From positions 1 through 59,970 of the forward strand of contig JAGWLG010000021.1 of the NCBI GenBank assembly GCA_028864975.1: a stretch of 59,970 bases of DNA. The letters are read 5' to 3'. The position numbers and the translations under genes are program-made. The first letter of the stretch is position 1. Every line of letters begins with the position of its first letter. This DNA comes from Thermoplasmata archaeon. GTDB taxonomy: Archaea > Thermoplasmatota > Thermoplasmata > Lutacidiplasmatales > UBA184. Positions 19,034-29,000 of this stretch are shown here, piece after piece. The notes beneath the pieces are model-generated. The model made no database searches. It saw only the letters and a list, made by a program, of their open reading frames with translations, and was not told the origin of the DNA.

Positions 19034-19078
19034 GCGCGCCCGGGGTCCGGGGGCTGCCGAAGGGCGGCCTGCCTCGGA

Positions 19079-20893
19079 CTACCGGATCCGGTCCTCGCCG
19101 GGCCGCCGCTCCTTTCGCTCCGGCGAAGCCGGTGGAGGTGGGGGCGGAGCGGGGGCGAGGGGCGGAGCCGCTCGTGGGCGGTCGGGGTGGCTCACTACCG
19201 TGGGAAGCTCTGCCAGCGCCTCGCGCTCCTTGCTCGTGACCCTCAGGAAGAGGACCGGGCTCGCGAAAAGCTCGAAGCCCCGCCCCTGGGGATCATCCCG
19301 GACCTTGACCGACATCTGCGGGGGCAACCCCGAGACGTCGACCGCCTTCCCCTCGTTCTGCCAGGAGTGGATCATCGCCCCGACCAGCTTCTCGAGTGCC
19401 TCGCCATGCCCCGATGCGAAGAGGTTCACCGAGGCCACGCGTTTCTCCTCCGCGTCGTACACGACCACGGGCATGGTCTGCGCCTGCTTCTCCCGGTCCG
19501 CGCGCACGAGCGCCACCTCACGGGCGAGCGCCTCCCGGACCTGTTCGGAGTCGTCCATGTTCTTCTTCAGACGGGCGATCTCCTGGTCCCGTTCGAGCAG
19601 GCGCTGGTTCAGTCCCTGGACGATCTGCTTGATGGCCACAATGTCCGCGCCCTGCGTGTTGAACAGCCCGCGGTAGGCGTCGTGCTCGTGCGAAGTCGTC
19701 TCGTGCTCGTGCTCGGGCAGTTCGTGCTCGTGCTCGGCGACCTCGTGCTGGTGTTCGGGGAGAGGATGCTCGTGCTCCAGCGGTTCGTGCTTGTGCTCCG
19801 GAAGGTCGTGTTCATGGTCCACCACCTCGTGCTCGTGCTCGGCGATGGGATGCTCGTGCTCCGGTAGCGGGTGCTCGTGCTCCTCGGCCGGATGTTTGTG
19901 CTCGGGGAGCGCATGGTCGTGCTGGGGGAGATCGTGTTGGTGCTCTGGCAGGTCGTGCTCGTGTTCGGGGACCTCGTGCTCGTGGGGAGGGACCTCTCCC
20001 GCAGGGAGGGGCTCGGAGGGCGCGGCCGTCTCTCCATCGTCCGAATCGACGGCGGTCACGGTCTCCGGTTCTACGTCGCCTTGGACCTCCGCGGGGACGT
20101 CTGGCGAGGCCTCCGCGGTCGCCTCGACGGTCCCATCGGCGGTCGAGCCTGACGCCTCGGCGACGATCTGCGGGACCTGCTCAGGAGTTGCCTCGGGCAC
20201 CGGCTCCGGCTCCCCCTCGGGAGGCGCGGCCCCCCCCTCGCTGAGCACGGGGGGAGTGGGCGCAATGGCGGGCTCGGCGACGGTGGGTGGGGCCGCCACC
20301 GCGGCGCGAGGCGCTCCGATCGCTGGCGACCCAGGGGCTGACCATCCTGGAGGAGGGGGGGGAAGCGGATGCCCCACGGGGGGAGGGGCATGTCCCGAGA
20401 TGAGCGCCGAGATGGGCACGTCGGGCGCGGTGGGAACGGCCGTGTTCGGGAGCGGGGGGGAGGAGGGAGAAGGAGGGGAAGCGGTGGAAGGGGACGGCCC
20501 GGCCGGGCCCCCGGGGGGGGCCGAGGCAGTCGCAGGACGGACCGGGGGAGGGGGGACCGCGGTGGCTGCGGAGGGAGGGAACCGGGATGCGCCTCCCGGC
20601 GCCCCTCGGGGAGTGCCCTGGTCCGAGACCCACGGAGGAACGGAGGGGTCCGGGGCTCCCGGCGGGCGGGGAGGAGGCTTCGGAAGAGGGACGTTGTGGA
20701 CGCGGTTCTTGTGGGTGTCCAGCATACGGGAGGGTAGCTCCCGACCGCAGAACTCGCAAAGGGAGAACTCCAAGGGCTGGCTTCCGCTCGCTCCCGCCTG
20801 GGGACCGTAGCCCCCAGGATACCCCTGGGCCACGCTTCCCTGACGGAGGTGGGGGGGAAAAGGCTGACGGCTGCCGGGGGCGGCCTCGCCCAA
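19079..20893 (-). CDS. Cytoplasmic protein: C2H2-like Zn finger, Pro-rich linker, 15 HxH heptad repeats, coiled coil, C-terminal domain
   Basis: CEFC-x11-H-x4-H; the HxH repeat is read directly from the ORF. Start uncertain (TTG 20893 or GTG 20833). Confidence 0.75.
   Translation of the reverse strand: MGEAAPGSRQPFPPHLRQGSVAQGYPGGYGPQAGASGSQPLEFSLCEFCGRELPSRMLDTHKNRVHNVPLPKPPPRPPGAPDPSVPPWVSDQGTPRGAPGGASRFPPSAATAVPPPPVRPATASAPPGGPAGPSPSTASPPSPSSPPLPNTAVPTAPDVPISALISGHAPPPVGHPLPPPPPGWSAPGSPAIGAPRAAVAAPPTVAEPAIAPTPPVLSEGGAAPPEGEPEPVPEATPEQVPQIVAEASGSTADGTVEATAEASPDVPAEVQGDVEPETVTAVDSDDGETAAPSEPLPAGEVPPHEHEVPEHEHDLPEHQHDLPQHDHALPEHKHPAEEHEHPLPEHEHPIAEHEHEVVDHEHDLPEHKHEPLEHEHPLPEHQHEVAEHEHELPEHEHETTSHEHDAYRGLFNTQGADIVAIKQIVQGLNQRLLERDQEIARLKKNMDDSEQVREALAREVALVRADREKQAQTMPVVVYDAEEKRVASVNLFASGHGEALEKLVGAMIHSWQNEGKAVDVSGLPPQMSVKVRDDPQGRGFELFASPVLFLRVTSKEREALAELPTVVSHPDRPRAAPPLAPAPPPPPPASPERKERRPGEDRIR
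19678..19984 (-). repeat. 21-bp-period coding repeat encoding 15 x HxHxxxx
   Basis: HEHEVPE HEHDLPE HQHDLPQ HDHALPE HKHPAEE HEHPLPE HEHPIAE HEHEVVD HEHDLPE HKHEPLE HEHPLPE HQHEVAE HEHELPE HEHETTS HEHDAYR. Confidence 0.9.
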
Positions 20894-20920
20894 GAAATGC
20901 GTGCTTTCGCCGGGCGCGGC

Positions 20921-21658
20921 TCAGTGGGCCGTGGCGAGAAGGATCATCGTGGGGATGAGCGAGACCACGATGCCGACCCACCCAAGGGCGATGCCCAGCA
21001 CGAGGAGCTTGTAGGGACGGTCCATGGGGATACGGAAGGGGAGGGTCCAGCGGTCGCTCCATCGCTCTGCCACGAGCGCGACCCCGGCCAGGGTCCAGGC
21101 CGAGGCCACCAGAACCACGGGGACCAAGATCATGCTGACCGAGCTTCCGAGAAGGTAGCCGGCGGCGGTCCCGGTCGCGGACCCTGTAGCGGACCCCGTC
21201 GCGGACCCTGTCGCCGTCCCCTGCGCGAACCCGAAGCGGATCGTCGCCGTGATGACCACCGTGCCCACGGCAGCGAAGGCGACCCCGAGGATCGAGAAAC
21301 GACGTGGAAGGAAGCGGAGCTCGAAGCTCAGGATGACGAAGAGCCCCGCGAGGAAGAGCGCGATGGCGATGGCGTAGAAGACCGGGGAGTGGAACAGGAG
21401 CTCGTTGACCTGGAGCGGGTTCACGGTCAGGTAGGTCAGGTTGAAGAGCAGGGCGAAGAGCAGGTACTCCGCGTTCTTGGACGTGACCGGGTCCAGGCGC
21501 TCGTTGTGCATGTCCGACTCCGCGTGGTCGGCGGTCACCATCGCCCGGAGCGCGTTCGCGCGCGAGGTCGCGATGAACCACGTGAGCCCGGCGGCGACGG
21601 CCGCCGGGAAGAGCAGCGTCGTGATCAGGTAGGATTCCAGGGGATTGAGGGAGAACAT
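20921..21658 (-). CDS. Polytopic membrane protein (about 6-7 TM) of unknown function
   Basis: Multiple hydrophobic segments; internal GTAT-GSAT-GSAT-GSAT-GTAA repeat; start trimmed to ATG 21658. Confidence 0.7.
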   Translation of the reverse strand: MFSLNPLESYLITTLLFPAAVAAGLTWFIATSRANALRAMVTADHAESDMHNERLDPVTSKNAEYLLFALLFNLTYLTVNPLQVNELLFHSPVFYAIAIALFLAGLFVILSFELRFLPRRFSILGVAFAAVGTVVITATIRFGFAQGTATGSATGSATGSATGTAAGYLLGSSVSMILVPVVLVASAWTLAGVALVAERWSDRWTLPFRIPMDRPYKLLVLGIALGWVGIVVSLIPTMILLATAH

Positions 21659-21762
21659 GGTCCCGGCCTCGACGCCCCGCCCAAAGGGAGGGCACGGGCG
21701 ACTAATGGAACTTGTCGCCCGCCAGGAGGAGGGGTTCCTCCCGCATTCGACCGAAGTCCCCC

Positions 21763-22878
21763 CTACCACCGGAGCATCGCGGCGAGGCCGCCGTAGCCCT
21801 TGAGCAGGGCCCTCCCCTCGTCCGTGGCCGAGGAGATGAGGTGGGCCTTGGCCCCCGCGGCCTCCGCCTGGGCCACGAGCTCGGGGGCATCGTCACGGTC
21901 CTCGGAGATCAGCAGCGCGTCGACGCGACCCGAGGAGAGAGCCTCCTTCACCTGGGACTCTCCATAGGTGGCTTTCGAGCCGGTCCGGACCTCGGTCAAG
22001 AAGCGGCCCAGGACGGCCTTCTCTCTCGCCATCGCCATGTCCTGCCGCGTCTGCGAGGCGGCCTCCGAGAGCTCCTTGAGACCGTGCTCGTTGGTGTACC
22101 CTGTGGAGAAGAGGGGGGTCACGATCTTCTGCCGGATCCGGTAGTCGAGCTCCCCGCGCTCCACGAAGTCCTCCTTCATCGCCCCAGGCCCCCCCACGAA
22201 GACCCCGAGGACGTTGTCGATCTCGGAGAGGAAGATGCGGTTCGACCGCTCACCGACCTTCCTCAACCAACCGAGGGTCTCGCCTTCCATGATGCGCTGG
22301 AAGCGCTGCGCACTCTGTCCACCCATGTGGTGCTTTCCCATGAGATTACTTTCGAAAGAGTCGACTTCAGCGATTCTAGTCCCACGGAGCCATCCAAAAC
22401 TGGCCTCGGCTCGATCCATGACGATGAGACCGTACACCTCCGGGTCGCGCGCCATCGCCTCCAGGGGGTCGAGCACGAAACCGGAGCCGCACCGGTAGAG
22501 GTAGGTCTGGACCGGGTCAGGGGGTTCGATAATGATCTCCTCGTCCCCTCCCACGAAACAAGCGAGACCGTGAGGAGGGGTCTCCTTGAACTGACGGAGG
22601 AGCGAGGTGAGCCGACCTAGCGCGGTCGTGATCGCGGTTCGGGTCTGGCGGCTCTTGACGTTCTCGGCCTGGACCGCTTCCGACTGGATGCGGGCCGTCG
22701 CATCCTCGACGCGTCGGCTGGGCGGCACGTAGAGCGTGACCATCTCGTTCGGACGGCCCTTGACCTCGGAGAGGTGCTTCAGCAACCGTCGAAGACGGAG
22801 ACGAGAAGCCTCAGGGGTCGTCCCGGCCCCGCCGAGTCAGTCGGAAGGAGCGGGGGCGGAGGAAGAGTTTGTCGGCAT
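21763..22878 (-). CDS. prf1: Class-1 peptide chain release factor aRF1 (eRF1 family), with an in-frame TGA at codon 14 if the SD-linked ATG is used
   Basis: GGQ in HHMGGQSAQRFQR, NIKS-like NVKS, YxCxxxF as YRCGSGF, LYVPP. ATG 22878 is preceded by GGTGA and is in frame; TGA at 22837-22839. The product call is strong, the start is uncertain (ORF-track start is TTG 22785). Confidence 0.85.
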
Positions 22879-22881
22879 GGT

Positions 22882-22897
22882 TCACCGGGTCGGGTGA
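22882..22897 (-). promoter_or_regulatory. Shine-Dalgarno GGTGA within a 5-bp TCACC/GGTGA hairpin upstream of aRF1
   Basis: Minus strand reads ...gTCACC-cgaccc-GGTGA-acc-ATG. Confidence 0.45.
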
Positions 22898-23018
22898 CGG
22901 AAGGAGGAGCCAGAGTATTTCTCCGTTCGGGAGCGATCGTCACGCGCCGCCGGGGGGCCCCGGTCCTTCGCCGGGGCAGGGGTCGGGATCCTAGCCCCTC
23001 GGGCGAGCGAGACCCGAA

Positions 23019-26000
23019 CTAGACGTTCAGCCCCGCGCCGCACGACGAGCATGCGGTCGCCTCGCGATCGTTGCTTGCCCCGCATTCCGAGCAAAAGATC
23101 GGCGTCTTGGACCCCGCGTTGGACGAGGAGATCGGCCCCCCCGGTGGGAACGGAGCCTCTGAGGAAGGTTTCGGGAGGTTCGTCGCGGGAATGGCCGAGT
23201 AAGGGGTCGGGTTCGGGACGTCCGAAGGTGGCGGAGCGGAGGACGGAGGGGGTGGGGAGGTCGCGACAGGCGGCGGGGCGGCCGCGGCCCCGGGCCCGGA
23301 AGGAACGCTCGGAACGGACAACGAGGGCTCGCTCACGGGGGGTTCTGCTCGAGGGCGGACCCCGCCCTTCCGCCGCCGCAGGAGCATGAGGAGCAGCGCG
23401 ATGACCACGACGATGGCCAGGGCCCCGAAGAGCCCGTAGGCCTCGATCGAGGGCAGCCCGAGGATCTTCCCTCCCCCTCCGCTCGAAGCCACGGTCACCG
23501 TTACGGCGGCCGAGCTCGACCCCCCCGCCGAGTCGTTGGCCCAGACGCGCACCGTATAGGTGCCCGCGGCCGAGAAGGTGTGGGAGGCCGTGGCTCCGCT
23601 CCCGCGCCCTCCGTCCCCGAACCTCCACGTGTAGGTGAGCGGCGCGGTCCCTCCCGACGCCGTCGCGGAGAACGCGAAAGAGGTAGAGGTGTCGCCACTC
23701 GTCGGGCTTGCGGAGGCCGTGACCGCGACCGCCGAGTTCACGGTGAGGCTAAGGGCGGGAGATACGACGGACCGACCGTTAGCGTCCTTCACCTCGACGG
23801 CGACCGAGAACGTTCCGGCGGCCGTCGGGGTGCAGGAGAAGCTCGCCCCGGAGCCGGTGCACCCCGCAGGGAGGCCGGTCCAGATGTACGTGTCCCCTCC
23901 CGAACCCCCGCTCGAGGCGGAACTGAGGGTCGTCGTGCCCCCGACGTCCAGCGTCGAAGGGCTCGCCGTGGGGGCGGGGACGGAGAGCGCCGGGGAGACC
24001 GTCAGCGCGGCGGAGGTCGATGCCGAGGAGGCCCCTCCGTTCGCGTCCGTGACCGTTACGCTCACCGTATAGCTACCGGCGGCCGTCGGCACGCAGGTGA
24101 TCGTGGCCGCGTTGGCGAGGGCGCATCCCAGAGCGGAGGCGCTCTCCGTCCACGTGTAGGTGGCGATGGCGCCGCTCCCTCCCCACGCGTCCACGGTGAA
24201 GTTCACGGACTGGCCGACGTCCACCGAGGCGGGGACCCCCAGGGGCCGACCCGCGACCGGTAGACCGAAGACCTCGAAGTTGGAGGAGGTCGCGGAGGCC
24301 GAGACGACCCCGTTGGAGTCGGTCACCGTCACGGCGACCGTGTAGTTCCCCGCGGTCGTCGGCGAACAGGTGATCTTGGCGGCGTTCGCGAGCACGCAGC
24401 CGAGCCCCGTTCCGCTCTCCGTCCACGCGTAGGTGGTGTAGGTCCCGCTGCCGCCCGAGGCGGTGGTCGTGAAGGAGACCGAGCCCCCGACGTCCACCGA
24501 GGCCGGGCTCGCCGCCGGCGGGCTCACCGACGGGGTCCCGAGCACCGTGAACGAGGCCGTGGCGGTGTTCCCTGCGAGGTCGGTGGCCGTGAACGTGGTC
24601 GCCCCCGGGGAAGCAGAGCCCGGCAGCACGAACGAGCAGGAGAAGGAGCCCGTCGGGCCCGAGGTCCCCTGGCAGGCTGTACCTCCCGTCCAGAGGACGC
24701 CAACCGTGGAGCTGGCTGCGAACCCGCTGCCGATGAAGGCGACCGTGGTTCCCGCGGCGCCGGAAGTGGGGGACGTGGTCAGCAAGGAGGTCACGGTGAA
24801 CGTGGCGGTGGCGCTGTTGGAGGAGGCGTCCGTCGCCGTGAGGAGCAGCGCCCCCGCGACGGTCGGCTTCAGGACGAACGTACAGGTGAACGCCCCGCTG
24901 GTCCCCGTAGTCGCGGTGCAGGGGGTCCCGCCCGCCCAGTTGACGGAGACGGCGGAGGTGGCGGCGAACCCTTCCCCCGAGAGGACGACCGAGGTCCCGA
25001 CAGGTCCTGAGGTCGGCGCGACGGAGAGGGACGGGGTCACCGTGAACGTCGTCGAGGCGCTGTTCGACCCCGAGTCCGTCGCGGTGAAGGTCAGGGCCCC
25101 GGCGGGTGCGGGCGTCAGCGCGAAGGTGCAGGTGAACGAGCCGACGGCCGAGCTCGTGGCCGAGCACGCCGTCCCTCCCGTCCAGGAGACCACGGTCGTC
25201 GAGCTCGCCGCAAAGCCGGTCCCGGAGAAGACGAGCGAGCTGCCGACCGTCCCGCTCCCGGGCGCGACCGACACCGACGGAAGGACCGTGAAAGACGCGG
25301 TCGCCGTGTTCGAGGCGGCGTCCGTCGCCGTGAAGGTGATGCTCCCGGCGGGGCTCGGGGGTACGGCGAACGTGCAGGAGAAGCCGCCGGAGGCGGACGA
25401 GGTGGCCGTGCAGGCGCTGCCTCCCGACCAGCTCACCGTGACCGCCGAGGTGGCGGCGAAGCCGCTCCCGGTGAACGTGAGCGTCACCGGCAGCGTCGAG
25501 GAGACGGGCGAAACGCCCAGTGCCGGGGTGACCGTGAAGGTCGCAGCGGCCGAGTCGGACGAGGCGTCCGTCGCGGTGAACGTGTACGGGCCCGCGGCAG
25601 CGGCGGTCAGGGCGAAGGAGCAGCTGAAGGACCCCGTGGCCGAGCTCGTCGCGGTGCAGGCGGTCCCTCCCGACCAGCTGACGGCCAGGGCCGAGGTGGC
25701 CGCGAAGCCGGTCCCGGAGAAGGTGATCGAGGTCCCCACCGGTCCTGAGGTAGGGCTGGCCGAGAGGGCAGGGGTCACCGTGAACGTCGTCGAGGCGCTC
25801 GTTCCGGCCCCGTCGGTCCCGGTGAAGGTGACCGCGCCGGCGGGCACCGCCGGGAGCGTGAACGAGCAGCTGAAGGTCCCGGTGGCGGTGGTCGTGCCGC
25901 TGCAGGCGGTCCCGCCGCTCCAGGTCACCGTGAACGACGAGGTTGGGGCATACCCTCCCGCGGTGAAGGCGAGCGAGGTCCCAACGGGGCCGGAGGCCGG

Positions 26001-29000
26001 GCTCACCGAAATGTACGTCACGGTGAACGTGGCGGTGGCGGTGGACCCTGTGGTCCTCGCCGAGAACACGTAGGGGCCCCCCGCGGTGCCCACGGGGATG
26101 GTGTAGGTGCAACCGAACGTCCCGGTGGCGGTCGTCGTCCCGCTGCAGGCGGTACCCCCGCTCCAGGTGAGCGTGTAGGCGGTCGAGGCGGGGAAGCCCG
26201 TCGCGGCGAACGTCGCGACCGTGCCGACCGGTCCGCCCATCGGACTGACCGACAACGAGGGCATGACGAGGAAGCTCGTCAGGGCGTAGTGGCCCGACGT
26301 GTCGGTGGCGTTGATCGAGTAGGTGCCGCCGACGGTACCCGCGGCGACCGTGAGGGTCATCGAGAAGGCCCCAGCGGCGTCCGTGGTCGTCGTGCCGCCG
26401 CCGAGGGAGGAGGTCACCGTCACGGAGGTCGAGGCCGCGAATCCGGTCCCCGCCAGCGTGAAGGTCGACCCCACTGCACCGGACGTAGGGGTGGGGGAGA
26501 GCCCCGGTCGGACGTAGAAGCTCGCGGAGGCCGCGTTCGAGGCGGAGTCCGTCGCGGTCACGGTGTAGGACCCGACGGGGGTCGACGGCACGGTGAAGGA
26601 GCAGCTGAACGTCCCGAACGCGTCGGTCGTCGCCGTGCACGCTGTCCCTCCGAAGGCGGTCGCGGTGACCGCGGAGGACGCGGCGAACCCGCTCCCGGAG
26701 ACCGCCACCGAAGCACCGGCGGCTCCCGAAGTGGGGGCCAAGGAGATCGAGGGGGTCACCGTGAAGACGGCCGTGGCCGAGTTCGAAGCCCCGTCGGTCC
26801 CCGTGAAGCTCGTCGCCCCCGCGGGGGTGGCCGTCAGGACGTAGGAGCAGGTGAACGATCCCGTCGTGTCGGTCGTGGCCGTGCAAGCAGTGCCTCCCGA
26901 ACTCGTGACCGTGGTCGGGCTGGAGGCCGCGTAGCCCGTGCCCGTGAACACCAGGGAGGTCCCCACAGGTCCGGACGTCGGCGAGACCGAGAGGGCGGGG
27001 ACCACCGTGAAGGTGGCAGAGCCGGTCGCCCCTGAGAGGTCGGAGGCGCTGAAGGTGTAGCTCCCGGCGGGAGTCGCGGGCACGGTGAAGGAGCAGGAGA
27101 AGGCCCCCGTCACGCCCGTGGTCCCGGTGCAGACCGTGCCGTAGGTCCAGGTCACCGTGTACGCGTCGGACGCTCCGAACCCGGCTCCCGTGAGGAGGAG
27201 CACCGAACCTGTCGGTCCGCTCGGAGGGGAGATCGCGAGCGATCCCACCACGGTGAAGGTCGCGGTGGCCGTGTTCCCGCTCCCGTCCTTGCCCGTGAAG
27301 GTGTAGGGGCCCCCCACCGTCCCCGAAGGCACGGAGAAGGTGCAGCTGAAAGCTCCGTTGGCGGAGGAGGTCCCCGAACAGGCCGTCCCGCCCGACCAGG
27401 TCACGACGACCGTGGAGCTCGCGGCGAAATTGCTCCCGGTGAAGGTGATGGAGGTGCCCACCGGTCCGGAGGTGGGGGCGTCGGAGAGCGTCGGGGTCAC
27501 GGTGAAGATCGTGGTCCCGGTGTTCCCCGAGCCGTCCGTCGCCGTGAAGGTGTAGGGGCCGGGCGCTGTCCCCGACGGGATCGTGAACGTGCAGCTGTAG
27601 CTCCCCGTGCCCGAGGTCGTCCCCGAGCAGGCCGTCCCGCCGCTCCACGTGATCGTCATCGCCGAGGACGAGGCAAAGCCTGTCGCCGTGAAGGCCACCA
27701 CGGTCCCGAGGGGGCCAGAGGTGGGGGAGGCGACCAGGTCGCTCACCGTGAAGTTGGTGTCGGCACTCACCATGGAGGCGTCCTTGGCGTTGAAGAGGTA
27801 GGTCCCTCCGGCGGTCCCGACGGGGATGGTGAAGACGCACGAGAAGCTCCCCACCGCGCTCGAAGCGGTCGTGCAGGCGGTCCCGCCGACCCAGGTGAGG
27901 GTGATCGCCGAGGTGGCGTGGAACCCGGTCCCGGAGAAGGTCGCGGCGGTCCCCGCCGGTCCGGCCGAGGGGGACGCGGACAACGCGGCCACCACGGTGA
28001 AGGTCGTGCTGGCGGAGTTCGAGCTCGCGTCCACGGCGGTCAGGGTGTGCGCCCCCACCGTGTCCGCGGCGAGCGCCCCGGTGCACGAGAAGGAACCCGC
28101 CGCGCTCGTGGTCGCGGTGCACAGGGTCCCCTGGTCGTAGGTCACGCTCACCGCCGAGGTGGCGGCGAACCCGGTCCCGGTGATGGCGAGGGTCGTGCCC
28201 ACGGGTCCGGTGGTGGGGCTGACGGCGACCGCCGTAGTGATCTGGAACGTGGCCGAGGCTGTCGAGCCCAGGGTGTCAGACGCCGTGAAGAGCACCATCC
28301 CCGCCGGGGCCGCAGGGGCCGCCGCCGAACAGCTGAACGACCCGAGGGTGTCGGTGGTCCCCGAACAGGTCGTCCCTCCGCTCCAGGCGATGGAGATGGA
28401 GGTCGAGGGGTGGAAGCCTTCCGCGGTGAAGGTCACCGAGGTCCCCACCGGCCCCAAGGTCGGGGAGAGCACGAGCGCGGTCTCGGTGAAGACCACGGAA
28501 GCGGTGTTGCCTGCCCCGTCCGTCGCGGTGAAGGTGTGAGGACCGCCGGAGGTCCCGACCGGGATCGTGAAGGTGCACTGGAACTGCCCCGAGTGGCCGG
28601 CCGCGCTCGTGCAGGCCGTCCCGCCGCTCCAGGTGAGCGAGATCGAGGAGAAGGCCCGGAAGGCGGCGCCCGAGAAGACCACGGAGGTGCCGACCGTGCC
28701 GAACGACGGGCTGTCCGTGAGCGCCGGGACCACGGTGAACTGCGCCTGGGCGCTGTTCCCCTGGCCGTCGAAGCCCGTCACGTTGTAGGTCCCCTGCCCC
28801 GTGGTCGGGACCGTGAAGGTGCACGAGAAGGTCCCGGTCGCGGAGCTGGTCGCGGAGCAGAGGGTCGCTCCGGTCCGCACCCACTGGGCGGTGTCCCAGG
28901 TCGACGGGACAAAGCCCGTCCCGGTCACGAGGACCGAGCTCCCGGGGGCGCCCGACGCGGGAGCGAGCAGGAGGGAGAGCGCTCCCAAGGCCTGGAAGGG

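Noticed and set aside
19678-19984. Possible CRISPR array or non-coding tandem repeat
   Set aside because: 21-bp period with synonymous variation inside an open frame; no repeat-spacer structure and no cas genes. No CRISPR array, tRNA or rRNA was recognised anywhere in the window.
22837-22839. Selenocysteine or genetic-code reassignment as the explanation for the aRF1 internal TGA
   Set aside because: The position is in a low-complexity N-terminal extension, not a catalytic Cys site, and TGA terminates other genes in this window.
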